Assembly (NCBI GenBank): GCA_025201805.1
Contig: MU619237.1
Coordinates: 124,001-188,000, forward strand
Source: Parasitella parasitica NRRL 2501
Lineage: Eukaryota; Fungi; Mucoromycota
Reading direction: 5' to 3'
Length of the DNA: 64,000 nucleotides
The notes under the pieces were generated by a model that was not told where the DNA came from, did not search any database, and was given only the letters and a program-made list of their open reading frames with translations. The position numbers and the translations under genes were made by a program. Within the stretch, counting starts at the first letter, position 1; each line of letters opens with the position of its first letter. This document shows positions 1 to 12,300 of the stretch, one piece after another.

Positions 1-2325
1 ATGAATTATTTACAACTAAAAAGGGGTTATTACAGCAAAACATTGTATTCATTAATTATCTTCTTGTTCTTTCAACCCGATGAGCTACACCTGTCTTATC
101 ATTTTACTATGAAGAAACGTATACTTGTGACATCAAAAATACTTACTTTATAGAGCTGTGTAATGTACTAGAATTGATGTCGACGTGATATCATCTCCAA
201 GAAGATGTTTTTTTATAGCTTAGAAGCAAGAAATACAGCTTAAAAGCAAGAAATTTACCTTCGTGTGCCATTTTTTGATTGATTTTTATAATTGAAAGTG
301 CTTTGAAAACACCAGAAATAGTATCCATCGGGAAAAAACTATCTTATATATGATTTTGGTGCAATTTGAGCATGATTTTTTTTTCGATGCAAAATCACGG
401 ATTTCTTTCACTTTTTTCCTTGTGTCTACACATCAAAAATCGTCGATTATGCATTATTCACGGTTTTGACCTCAAAAATGCAACTTTTTACTATAGGATA
501 TATTAGAGGAAAATGATCGCAAAAGACCATTCCTTGATCTGAAAGACTGGAAATGCGCTCTGATTAAGCAAAATGTTGATTTTTCCCTCCTAATCTGTTT
601 TTAAAGTTTTTCGGCAGAATGCTTTCCATAGGCACACGGGGATTATGAAATGATACCATTGTGTAGAGCGCCCAAAAATACAGCTATTCTCATAGACTGA
701 CAGTCGTGGTATGCATAGTAACAGAGGATGATATCTTGCCTCAAAGGAGTAATTTTGTTTTCTAATTGTCTAAATGGAGTTTCTCAAAGAATTTTCCCTT
801 CCTGATTTTGGATGTATTTAATCTCCGCTATTAAAGAGAAATGGTGTTTTTTTTACGAAAGCATTAACTTTGAGAATCGATAGCTTACCCAATTCAAGCG
901 AAAAGCAATTGAAACCTAGTAATTTAAATGGTGTGCTTCTTGGCTTCTTAATGGTAGTACTTGCATTTTTCTAACTAAAGATATCACGCTCCAATTTTGA
1001 AAAATACTTTTCCGAAAAAAGTCAGAAAAGCCGCTACCTTCATCTGATGTCAACTTGAAAAGTACAAAAACTTGGCTCTAAGCCGTGCAAATATGAAATT
1101 AAAAGGCGCCTTAAAAGTTTGATGCATTACTTTGAATTATAGTATTTGAGATCACCAAATATTGTTTTATTTTAGTGTTCGTCTTTTATCTGACAATATC
1201 ACACTGAACCATTCCAATATTATAAAAAAGATGGCATAGCTTTGACTAGATGTTCTACTGTGCAACTAGATATAGAGAACCAAGCTTGGTACTTGTCTGA
1301 CAAGACCTTCTAAACTTGAAGACGCCAGATCAACTGAAGGTATAAAGAATGCCACCAGGGTAATACACCCATTCGTAAAAAAATTGTCTATATAGATATT
1401 TATGAAATCCCAAGGACATAAATGTGCTTATCTTCAACCTTGTTCTCTGTTCCTGAATCCAATTAAAGGTTTTTGATCCAAACTCAACAGACATACTTAC
1501 ACCCAGAATCACAGATGTTTATCAATAAACAACCATGACCCTTTTTTTAAAAATCACCTTGAACTTAAAGATATGATTTAGATAGCTTATTTCGCAACAT
1601 ATTCTTCTTGTATTTTCATTATGAATGAAATAAAGCATTTACTCTTTTTCTGTAAATATGGAAATCCCCACTTGAAAATCTTTTTTAGGGAGACATTTCT
1701 CTTCTCTCACAAACTTCTCAGCTTTTACCAGAAATAAAAGGTTTGTTACCGGAAACCCTAATATGGATTATCAAAATCACCATGAACTTTATCATCTACT
1801 TGAACTTTTTTTTTCAGAAACTGCAAAATGGCAGCAAAATCATGCTGCATTAGAAGAGATCGGTTTCTAAAAGCAGCAAATAGCACTTGCATAGTAGGTA
1901 CGACCGTCTCCCATGGTTCCACAACGTAATCAGCAGTTAGAAGCTCATACTACTAGAGCTTTGACTATACAAATTTGGACATCTGCATGGATTCCGTTTT
2001 CAACAAGTGAAAAGAGTACAACAGAGATGAACAGATCATAAAATAGGCCATGGCTGATGAGCCGCAGAGAAACTGCTTACAAAGGCTTTCTTTTTCATTT
2101 GCAATGTTTGGCTTCACTTGCAGCTCAAGAAAAAAAAATGAAATGCATGTCTTTTTCCTCAACTAAATCAAGTTACACATCAAACATAAAGAAATGGCTG
2201 AATAAAAAAAAAACAAAAAAAAACACAAGCATGGCAGATCAAAAAGGATCCCCTGGCTGATTTCTTTCTTTCTCTTTTTTTTTTCTTTCTTCTTTTTCCT
2301 ACAACTCCTTTAATTGGAAATCCAA

Positions 2326-4512
2326 ATGCAACAACCGCCACAGGAGAAAGAGGGACTTGCACCTGCAATTGATATTGCTCACACTCACAGTCATGCTCAT
2401 GGTAATGGTAACGACATCTTGGTCAATTACAAAGGTGTATACCGCATTGATTGGAAATCGCATCTCTACTGGGCGCTGGCTATTGTCTTTTTTATCTTGG
2501 CCAGATTATGGTGGCTGGTCCCGCTTCCTGGAGACTCATTACTGCCTGCGTACAGAACTTATCCTGCCAATTTCTTCAACACGCTCTTCTTGGGTTTTGC
2601 TTGCTCGCTTGCTACTCGATCTATTACTGTCGCTCTGTTGAAGCCTTTTGAGGAAGGCGTCAATCCTGATTCCGTCGTCGCTTTCGGTGCTACAGGTGGT
2701 TTCGGAGCCATGTGGAGCTGTATAAGGTACAGAGCTGGATATAGATATTTTCTGCTTGCTTTTTTGGTGACTGCAGCAACCCTTTTGGGAAACGCTCTTG
2801 AAGGAGAATTGCAATCTTCCATGAAAGTCTATTACAAAGTGGGCGCAACAACCGATTTGAATTTGGCAGAATGCCAACATGTGAATGCGACTGACTACCA
2901 AGCAGCATCTTTGGCTTACTCGTCTGGACAGATTTCTCACACGATTTCTGACGCTTCTCCTCTCCTGAAAAACTATGCATTCCAGCCTACAGTAAAGCCA
3001 TATGCAGTTTCCCTGCTGAAAACATCCCTTGCGTCCGTTCAAAACATCAGCCTTGGTAGTACAACAGCGGCCGCAACAGCCAACTTGGGAAAAAGAACCA
3101 CCCACTCTAAAAAATGCGAAGAAGAGGAGATCGCACGTCAAGCTGCAGAAAAACAAGCTGAAGAAAAGTCAGCTTCCCAATCCACAGCGTCGTCCTCTGC
3201 TACAGAAAACGCGTCTATTGCTTCTTCTGTGCCAAATCTGTCACCTGCACAACAACAGCAGGAGCAGGAACAACAGGGGCAACATCTAAACAACCTGACG
3301 ACAGATACTATTCTGCTTAACCTGGATGGCGAACAAACTATAATAAATGTTACTGCCGCGGTTTTCTATAACTTTGATTCAAGCAAGCTCTCCATTTCTA
3401 AAGATGCTAATAATCATGCCGTCGCCTACAATCCAACTACTACTGGTAGCAGCAGTGGTAGCAACAGTAATAATGATAACAGCAGCAACGGTAATAGCGG
3501 TAGCAACAGTAACAACGGTAGCAGCGGTAGCAATGGCAGCAATGGCAGCAATGGCAGCAATGGTAGCAATGGTAGCAATGGTAGCATTGGTGGCATTGGT
3601 GGCATTGGTGGCATTGGTGGCAGCGGTAACAACGGTAACAACGGTAACAACGGTAACAACGGTAACAATGGCAGCAATAGCAATAGTAACAACAATGACA
3701 GCAGCAGTAGTAGTCGTAGTAGCAGCAGCAGCAGCAGTAGCAGCGGCAGTAGTAGTAGCACCACTACCACCACTACTACTACTACCACTACCAGCAACAG
3801 CAATGGTAATAATAGCAGTTCTAGCTCCATTAGTTCCTCTACTACATCATCAGAAATCAAGCTGAACGTTATTCGTCACACCACCTCTGATAACAAGCAG
3901 GTTATCATCATCTACTCTCCTGCCTCAGACGGATATACAGCAGGTGTTTATATATCCGCCACCGCTACAAATTATACTTGTCAATCACAACTCTGCAACT
4001 CTGTAGGTGAGCATGAAGCCGACAGCAGAGTTATTGCTGATGCTCTCGCAGAAGCAATCAAGAGCGGTGTTGGGCTCTACGGTTCTCAGGGATTGGCCGC
4101 CAATATTATTAATCATGATAGCATGAGCGATAAGGGGTTATTAGCGGATGCACTTTATGCAAACCCCAACTGCCCGCAGTCCGTTGAAATACCTACCCAA
4201 GGCAATGCCGTGTACCCTTATGTTGCTGCCAGATTCAATGTCCTTAGTTTGATATGGATCTTGGGCTATGTCATCATCTATGCTATTGGTGCTTATTTGA
4301 TCGGTTTCTCAGAGGAGACTTGGTCGCAATTAGCTAGAACAGGTCGAATGATCCCTCAAATCATCAGCAACTCCTCTAATTTATTTACAGATGGTATCAG
4401 TGGAAAAACTGTTAACCAAGAAGCCTTCCTTGAGCCTTCCACTGGTAAAATGGTATTTGCCAAGGATCATAATCATGGCTACAGTGTAACAGAAGAAGTT
4501 TTGTCGCCTTAA
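2326..4512 (+). CDS. Uncharacterised membrane protein (3 N-terminal TM segments, large luminal/extracellular Ser/Asn/Gly-rich domain, C-terminal TM)
   Basis: Single long ORF; first ATG at 2326 (the ORF track starts at TTG 2314). Hydrophobic segments LYWALAIVFFILARLWWLV, FFNTLFLGFACSLATRSITVALL, YFLLAFLVTAATLLG and VLSLIWILGYVIIYAIGAYLIGF. No family recognised. Confidence 0.8.
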   Translation: MQQPPQEKEGLAPAIDIAHTHSHAHGNGNDILVNYKGVYRIDWKSHLYWALAIVFFILARLWWLVPLPGDSLLPAYRTYPANFFNTLFLGFACSLATRSITVALLKPFEEGVNPDSVVAFGATGGFGAMWSCIRYRAGYRYFLLAFLVTAATLLGNALEGELQSSMKVYYKVGATTDLNLAECQHVNATDYQAASLAYSSGQISHTISDASPLLKNYAFQPTVKPYAVSLLKTSLASVQNISLGSTTAAATANLGKRTTHSKKCEEEEIARQAAEKQAEEKSASQSTASSSATENASIASSVPNLSPAQQQQEQEQQGQHLNNLTTDTILLNLDGEQTIINVTAAVFYNFDSSKLSISKDANNHAVAYNPTTTGSSSGSNSNNDNSSNGNSGSNSNNGSSGSNGSNGSNGSNGSNGSNGSIGGIGGIGGIGGSGNNGNNGNNGNNGNNGSNSNSNNNDSSSSSRSSSSSSSSSGSSSSTTTTTTTTTTTSNSNGNNSSSSSISSSTTSSEIKLNVIRHTTSDNKQVIIIYSPASDGYTAGVYISATATNYTCQSQLCNSVGEHEADSRVIADALAEAIKSGVGLYGSQGLAANIINHDSMSDKGLLADALYANPNCPQSVEIPTQGNAVYPYVAARFNVLSLIWILGYVIIYAIGAYLIGFSEETWSQLARTGRMIPQIISNSSNLFTDGISGKTVNQEAFLEPSTGKMVFAKDHNHGYSVTEEVLSP
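3445..3830 (+). repeat. Coding microsatellite block: (SNG)n, (GGI)n, (NNG)n, poly-Ser, poly-Thr
   Basis: Tandem 9-nt units such as AGCAATGGC, GGTGGCATT and AACAACGGT, plus (AGC/AGT)n and (ACT/ACC)n runs, read directly. Confidence 0.95.
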
Positions 4513-5556
4513 TACCTTATTTTTACTTAATATTAAATTAATTTTTAGACAAAACAATAATAATAAAAAAATAGTTTTCAGAGGTTTTTACCTGCTAACA
4601 CCCAATAATGTAATGTACTGACTGAAAGTTGTCAAACAATAATTTTGTCAAGACATGGCGGATGAAGGAAGCAGATCTCTGATACTGACTTTATATAAAA
4701 AAAGCTTAGAGTATTGCATGGTAAATGATTGTTCACAACACAATGATCGCCTCTACATTTTCTATTGAGAACAGTTTGCTGTTAACACACAGATTTCAGA
4801 TATGAGTAGCTCGTAAATTTGTATTTGTTTAATGTCATATCCTATATGTAGAATACGTATTGTGGTCCATACGTAGATACTGATAATCTATAAATCTATT
4901 GCAAGATAATAAAGGATTCAAGACTGATTTGGGCTCATTATTTTCTTTATTGACTTCCTCTTCTCGGTATGTGGTAAAAAAAAAACAAATTGATCTGTCT
5001 CTGTCAAAGGATGACGTTTTGTAAGAGACGATTGGGTCAAGAAAAGCGGATTAGATGATATAAATAATGCTTCAATTGTCCATAGCAATGTAGATCTGAC
5101 ATATTCCTTGCTAATTTAAAGGTATTCAAAGTTTGTCCGATAAATTTTACTACATGGTAGGCGGGAGAATGGCTGTAGGAATTGAAGTTAGAATACGAAA
5201 TAGAACGGTAATTTTGCATATACTCTACCACCTCCAATCCATTTACATATATGGCCAATTTATCACATTTTATAACTCTAACATGAAAATGTTGTCATTC
5301 ATGTCTTCTTTTGTTTAATTTCGTCTAAAAAAGGTCTAAAATTCATTCGTCCAGAAAAAGACTACATGTTTGTTTGTTGGTCCCTATCCTTTCAAGACAA
5401 AGAAAATAATCTTAAAACAAAGTTTTTGATGCATCAGCATGACGAAGATCTGCTGATCTGTAAGAAGCAATGTATTTAGAAAAAAAGTTGTTTGCAGAAT
5501 GTAAAATTATCGCTCTCTAACGAAATTAGTTTATTATTATTACAGGTTATTACATG

Positions 5557-7052
5557 TTACGCACAGGTTGCTGTAGTAGCTGACATCAAGCCGTCTCGCC
5601 CATCTTTGAATGTCCATAATCCACAATCTTCACAATGTTCCTCTACTTTGCATTTTGGCAAAGGAAATTCATTAGGCTTCTTGAGAATATCGACAACAGT
5701 TGCAATGCGATGTGTAGCTATATTTACTCGCCAGCCGTTATCTTTAACAGTGTCCCAGACGCATACTTTGCTTGTATGGCATCCTGTTTCCAAAGCGAAT
5801 CCAGCATAAAAGCAGCCACTTGCAGGGCCCTAAATACAGGTATGTCAATCAACTAGCCTGCCCACAAAAAGCAACATGTATAAACTTACTGTACAAACGC
5901 CAATAAAGATGGGGTCAGCAGTGTGTCCAAAATGCCAGATAGGCATGTCTTTTGCCCCTGGCGCGCGAGGCAGATGCAATCGCTCTGAAGCTAGTCTATC
6001 TCCAGGACTTTCAAAGCTCACAGCTGGCACACCAAACGTTTGACCTACTAATGCCGCAACAGCACCACCCAGACTATGTCCTGTTAGCCAAATTGTGGCC
6101 TCAGGATATTTATCGGCTACATCCATATACATGTGCTACAAAAAGCGGCTTGTTAGCTGGTCTGCCGCAGATCTTGGTGCCATAGTACACCTATTTACTT
6201 ACTGCAGCATAGTCGTAATAAAGCTCGGATTTCGATAGCGTTTTATCCAAGCACTGCCGATCGCAACTGTATTGATTTTTATTATCGTTACAATTGCACA
6301 CAGCTGCCCATCCTCGTGCCGCTTTACCGCAGCAGCATGAAAATAGTACATTATCCTAAGAAAATTAATTAAACACCCAAGACGACCATGGCATCTATTT
6401 TTATTTTACATTCAACTTGTCCTTTTCTCCCGTAGGCTCACCATTGAACAATCCAGCGCTGGTACCTTTAAAGCTGATGATCAAGTGCGAATTGTCTGTG
6501 TTTCCAAATACATGACCCCGCAGACCATCCGACTCCCAGCCAAACGTCGAATTCTACAGCAAATCCTTTTGAGTATTTTTTTTTTTCTTTCTTTGCTTGT
6601 ACAGTACTTACAATACGCCATTTTGATCCCAAATCATACCACTGACCATCTTTACCAAGCTCTGTGTATGCATTAAAGCTCATTTCCGACAATGATAATA
6701 CTGATTCCTGATCGGTAACATCTGGCAGTAGATAGGGTGTGGGGAGTAATTCAGCAGTTTCCTGCGTTCTTAAGAGTAGTTTATCCGGCTCTCTCATTGC
6801 AAACAACTGCTTCATGTAGGCAACACTGGGCCTGTATGCTGTCCCTAATTCAGATCGCACATGGAAAGGTTGTGTAGGTTTGTCTACTTGCATAACCTGA
6901 AAACGGTTGGGTGTAGATCCGTAATTTGGAAAGTGATGATAGATGCTTTTGAGAAACATACCATCCAATGGAAGAGGTCCTAAATAAGCTTGTGGTATGC
7001 ATATCGAGGCTGTGAAAAATAAGGTAGCAACTAAAATATTCCGTATAATCAT
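5557..7052 (-). CDS. ATG15: Autophagy-related lipase Atg15 (class 3 lipase, alpha/beta hydrolase), multi-exon
   Basis: N-terminal hydrophobic leader; [21 protein letters not shown]; [32 protein letters not shown] lipase motif; [16 protein letters not shown]; Cys-rich C-terminal METGCHT...HRI...CEDC. Assembled from ORFs 6468-7052, 5845-6132 and 5557-5793. Confidence 0.9.
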
Positions 7053-7826
7053 TAAAGAAAAGAGTGTAGGAATTACTCATTTGGCATTACCCATAGCCAA
7101 TTGTGACTGAGCAGAACCCGAGACAGCGATAAGATGTGGCCATCGTGGGTGATTGTAGTACCCTGACCATGGATGTTTTCTTTGACGAATTCCATCCATT
7201 AGAGACAAGAATTCCGATGGCTTGTTTACGCTATTTACGTTCTTTCAAAATCATGACAAAAACTTGCAATGCGACAAAGTAGATGATGTACGAAATTAAT
7301 GCCTATTGGGGGTGGATTTTCTACTGGAATATAGATTTAAAGGCCGTGCAGTGAGAATCAAAGATGTGTAATAAAAGAACCTGTCTCCAGAGTGTACTAT
7401 GCATGTCAGATTTTGATCTTCTTGGGTAAGGCGGTGCCATTAATATTAGCAAATGGTGGACCAACTGCAGTTATTTCGTAATAATTCCATCATTGTAGTA
7501 AAGTGAAGATTTAAAGCTATTCAAAAGATATATCACACATTAGAAGAACAGCTATGATACCAAGCCAATGTTATCAAAAAGATATTGATGAGTTGGTATT
7601 ATTGACATAACAAAATGTGAGGCTACCACCTTTATTATTATAAACCGGTATCCACTAAAAAACTAAAAACATTGGTAACTACGCTAAATAAAAACCATTG
7701 AAAGCTATCAAAACAATTTTTTTTTGGATGTTGGCAATATAAAAATTTACTTTTATTTGTATTTTAAGCTCTATAATTCGATACGGGTGTTGTTTGCTGA
7801 CAGATCAGTACGGGAAATTCAAAGGC

Positions 7827-7835
7827 TATATAAAA
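7827..7835 (+). promoter_or_regulatory. Candidate TATA box for the zinc-finger gene
   Basis: TATATAAAA about 150 nt upstream of ATG 7981; supported only by motif and position. Confidence 0.35.
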
Positions 7836-7980
7836 GGATCAAATAAAAAAAAAACGCACTCCTGAGTTTGAACTCATGGTATGATGATCATGGATCGTTG
7901 TTTGGCAGTGTTCCGCGCTCACGAACAAGGAAGCTTTTACTCGTCCAAGCTTTTAGCTTTATTATTAATTCTTTCGCATT

Positions 7981-9072
7981 ATGGCAACTTCAACACCATT
8001 AAAGATCAAATTGAAATTATCAGGGCCAAAAATAGTTGCAACATCTCAACCCTCCTCGCCTGTTTCGAACAAAAGCGCAAATAAAAGAGATGATAGCGAG
8101 CCTTCTTCTTCAACAGAAAGTCCTCGTAAAAGAGCTAAACCAAATGCAAGCCGCACTCGTAAACCCAAGGTGGAAGGAACTCCTGTACCAGACACGTAAG
8201 TGAGATTAGATAGGAACCACGAGACGCCGAAAAGCTAAGCTTGACAGATAGTCCTATCGCAATCGACGATGATCAAACAGAAGAAGGTAGGCAATTTCTT
8301 TTATTATATGTGCAATAAGCTAGAGAGACTGAAAAAATATCAGCACCTAGCCAGCAAAGTAGACGTGGAGGAGGAGGTGGTGGTGGTGGTGGAGGAGGAG
8401 GAGGAGGAGGAGGCAATAATAACAATGCTGGATCAGGTGCAGCAGGACAAAGTACCACTCTTATTTCTCGGAAAGATTTACTAAAACACAAGGATATCAA
8501 GGTCAGGAAATGGAGCACTAAACCTCTTGTCTTTTACACTCTCAAGGGATTTCAGCTGCAAATACCAACGTGGCAATCAGGTAAGCTGGTAGTGGCGATG
8601 AGCGAAACGCACTATTAAATGCACATTTGTAGAGGAAAAAATGGCCATCAACAACAACCCAACAGAGCCGATATCGGTTGCAGAGATTGATCAACTGTTC
8701 TCATCGACTGCGGGGGAGAAGGATTTCCGCCCATTTTTGTGCACTCAGCCAGGATGTTCCAAATCATTCACTACATTCGACCAGCTTCAAACACATGAGA
8801 CCAACATGCACGGCGTAAAGAAGTTGGTTTGCAACATCGATGGATGTCACAAGAGCTTTGTCACCTCAGGTCAAATGACAAAACATCGCAAAATGGTTCA
8901 TTACCGAGCTGCTAGGAAAGCAAAGATAGACGCAGCAGCAGCAGCAGCAGCAGCAGAAGCAACAGCAGCAGCACAAACTGCAGAAGGCAATGATGAAAAA
9001 GAGGATGATGCTGCTACACCTACCACTGTAAATATTGGTGATAATGACAGTGTAGATGTCGCAAATTTATAA
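7981..9072 (+). CDS. C2H2 zinc-finger protein, YY1/Iec1-like (poly-Gly, REPO/2W-hairpin-like motif, two C2H2 fingers)
   Basis: Four exons checked in frame: 7981-8195, 8252-8286, 8344-8580, 8633-9072, all with GT-AG introns. Fingers FLCTQPGCSKSFTTFDQLQTHETNMH and LVCNIDGCHKSFVTSGQMTKHRKMVH. NLS-like PRKRAK. Confidence 0.85.
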
Positions 9073-9395
9073 TTACCATCTAATAAAAATCGATCCCCGC
9101 CTACGTCTCTCTCTTTCACCCTCTCTTTGTCTGCTGAAATAAACGTTCAAGATCACACAGACCGTCAGACAAATAGAGCACATATAACAATACCTTTTTT
9201 CCCTTTCCCCTTTAAATTTTGGTAATAGAAAAAAAAAAAAGGTCTATTTGCTCTGCCTCAATTCCAAGATCTGCGATCAATATATACATTAGAGAGAAAG
9301 AGAGAGAGAGACAGAAAAAAAAAAGAGGATTTGCTATTTTATCTTTATTTCACACATTTTTTTCCATCTAAAAATCGTACATAAACATATAAACT

Positions 9396-12300
9396 ATGGC
9401 AGGTAGACATCAAGGTAAAGATATGTAATTTTGTGCGCAGACAATTGTACTCATTTCTACGATACAAAAAACAACAGCACAATACGCGCGTTATAGTTCG
9501 TCGAACCCATCATATCCAAACACTGGAGGAAATAATAGCAACTTGAATATCCCGTTTCCACCACCACCGCAAAGCAGCAATTCGCAATATAACCAACAGC
9601 AGCAGCAACAAGCTCAGTATGGCAATGCTTCGTCGATGGCTTCTCCTTATTCAGCTACTTCGTCGTCCTCGCCCGGCTATCACTCCCCAAATATTCCAAA
9701 ATACAATCAAAACACGCCTTTGAAAAAATACTCATTACAGCCGCCTCCTCGTATATTACCTCTCAGTAAATCAATGCCTTCGTTGGGCTTTCCCGGCATG
9801 TTTCCTCAGCGTCTAGGACAGGATGAGGATATTTTAACAGAGTCGAATGTACGCCATGGATTCGTCGATCGACCGGTAGTATCGGTACGTTATTGTTACA
9901 GTTGCTGACAGTGGAACATGACTCATTTTTGCATCAATAGAACGAGCACACTTGCGCTCATGACATTGTGTATGGAAAATTGCAAGACGATCAGCGATTG
10001 CTCAATGAGTTGGGAAGCTTTATGGTGGATGTTTTGCAGAGACAAGCCAGAGCCGGTTGTATTACTGGGTAATGCAGAGGATGCTGTTGGTCTGAACACC
10101 ATGTCCCTTGAGACTGACAATTTAAATGTAGGCCATCATCGTTTAAACCGCCTAATAGAACGACACTGATAGATTCTAAGCGAGAACAATGGATGCAAGA
10201 GTTGGCGGGAGGCGTGGTGCCGCTGAGAAAACTGGCACGTAACGTTCCTCATGGGTTTAAAGGTGAGAAGCTATTAGAGACATTGGCAGCAAAACAAGTT
10301 CCATTTTTAAGGGCAACCTGGTACATCAAGATTGTTGGTTTGTCGGAAATGGTAACTAGGATACGCAAGATCTCATACGTGTGGTTGTAACGAATTTTGT
10401 ATTATTGCTATTAGAGTCAACGAAGTGCGAGTAATGCAGCTACTTCAATGGGACCTCAGCCAGTCCAGTGGACAGCTACTGTAACTGGCCATCTTAAAAA
10501 ACAATTGAGCGAATTGATGCCAGTGTCGAGTGCTTTAGCAAACGGTTCTAGCCCGCACCCTGCTGTTGCTGCTGGAACACCTGGACGAGGATACAAGAGC
10601 TACAACGGCCCTAACCATCACGACAATACGCCAAAGCCATGGGCATCACCAGAAAACAGAGCACGCTTTGAGCATCGATGGTCGTACAGCGTTAGGTTGG
10701 CACGCTGGCAATATTTTGAAGGGTTGCTGGATCAGCGCACATTCCTAAGGTGGACCTTGGACACTTTAGCAGCCAGTGGATCGTTTGAAATTATGTGGCT
10801 AGTCTTGACAGGAATTATTCAAGATTACGTGGACGAATACAAACGAAACAGAACACTGACAAAGCTTTTGATCGAGACGCTGATCAAATCGTATAGCGCT
10901 GTAAGATGCACATCCCTGAGCGCAAAGAGAGAACTAGAGAGACCTAACCTTTGACATAGTTGACGCAATATATTCGCCTATCGCAGCCAGACTCAGCAGC
11001 ATTGGGAGTGCACCATGGCCTGCAAAAGGACATTGAGCATCTATTGCAGGCGCTGTTTCTGTCAACGCCTGATATGTTTGTTATACCAAAGTTATACCAC
11101 CAATATCGCTATTTGTTCAACGCAATTTTGGGCGATCAAAGCCGGCAAAAGCCGTCTAAAAGTCTGCCCGATGTATGTCGTGTGATGAAGGAGTACTGGG
11201 CAATGATCAAAGCTCGCAACGAAGTTTTTTGCGGAACTTTGGAGGAAAACGAAATGAAATCGGACCACCCTGCAGAAACTGACAGCAAAGCACAACCGAG
11301 TGAACCCATCCCTCCTGCCAGCTCACAGTCGAATATCTCTGAAGCAGTGTATGAGGAACGTGTTGTGCATGTCTTGGACAGCATTGGGCGAAATGTGGAT
11401 AGCATAACAGGCTTATTGTTGGACGGCGGCACTTGGGTTGACATCAAGGGACACACAGCCAAGTCAGCGTCGAAATTGATTTTCGGTACGGCACGTCTTC
11501 AACCGCAAGCACTGATCAAGCTGGTCAGTATCATGTGTCGATGGGCAACGAGTGAATCTCGCTACGGTGATTGGAAGGCGTATCTTGTTGCTTCCATTTT
11601 GCTGGCCTGGAGAGAACCGGACAACAAGCTGCTATTACAAGACGCACTGATCCGATTTTTAGACAATGAGGCCTGCCCCAAAGCAAGCGACGCAGCAGCA
11701 TTAGACTCACAAACACTAGGATCAATAGATCAAGGTAATTTCGCATAACTGCAAGATTCCACGCACTAATGTATCTTTTCAGATCACGTAGAAAAAACAA
11801 ACACACCTGTCATTTACTTGTTCGATGTGCTGATTCGGATGCAGTTGTTTTCATATCAAAAGTATTTGCTTAGACTTATTGCTCGTGGTGATTTAGAACC
11901 TAAGCGCCGCCACGTGCGAAAAATTCAGCAGTGTCTGCACCATTTAGCTTCATTTCCGTTATTAAGCCCTGCACCGCCGTACCTAGTCAACCAAAGACGC
12001 GTTGCGCTCTATGGCGCTCGCAGCGATAGCGACAGCCAAGAAGAACTAGAGTCTTTGGATAAGCTAAAGCACTTGGCGAGGCTCGCAGTTGCTGGATTCG
12101 ACAATAATGACACGGATTGTTTATTTGGTGCCGAAGCAAAGGAGATGACACAGCCGGTGCCTACTGATTCTATGCATTCCTACCAACTGGCTCTCGCAGA
12201 AAAAAACAGGAGCGAATTTGTCAAGCTTATCGAATCATCGACTCGATATTCCGTGTTGAATTTCACAAACTGGCTGCTAAATGAAGTGAAGCGGTTTGTG

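Noticed and set aside
1-2300. AT-rich region that looks like non-autonomous DNA transposon sequence; shares a 13-mer with 59857
   Set aside because: No termini, TSD or coding remnant identified; 13-mer matches are expected by chance in AT-rich 64-kb sequence.
3347-3865. Overlapping ORFs of 144-172 aa with poly-Leu, Val or Ala (similar cases at 8273-8518, 28075-28503, 40655-41010, 52097-52472)
   Set aside because: These are alternative-frame or antisense shadows of coding trinucleotide repeats, not independent genes.
7846-7930. tRNA-like 3' end on the minus strand (GAGTTCAAACTC...followed by poly-T)
   Set aside because: The B-box is imperfect, and no matching acceptor-stem 5' strand, D-arm or anticodon arm could be built.
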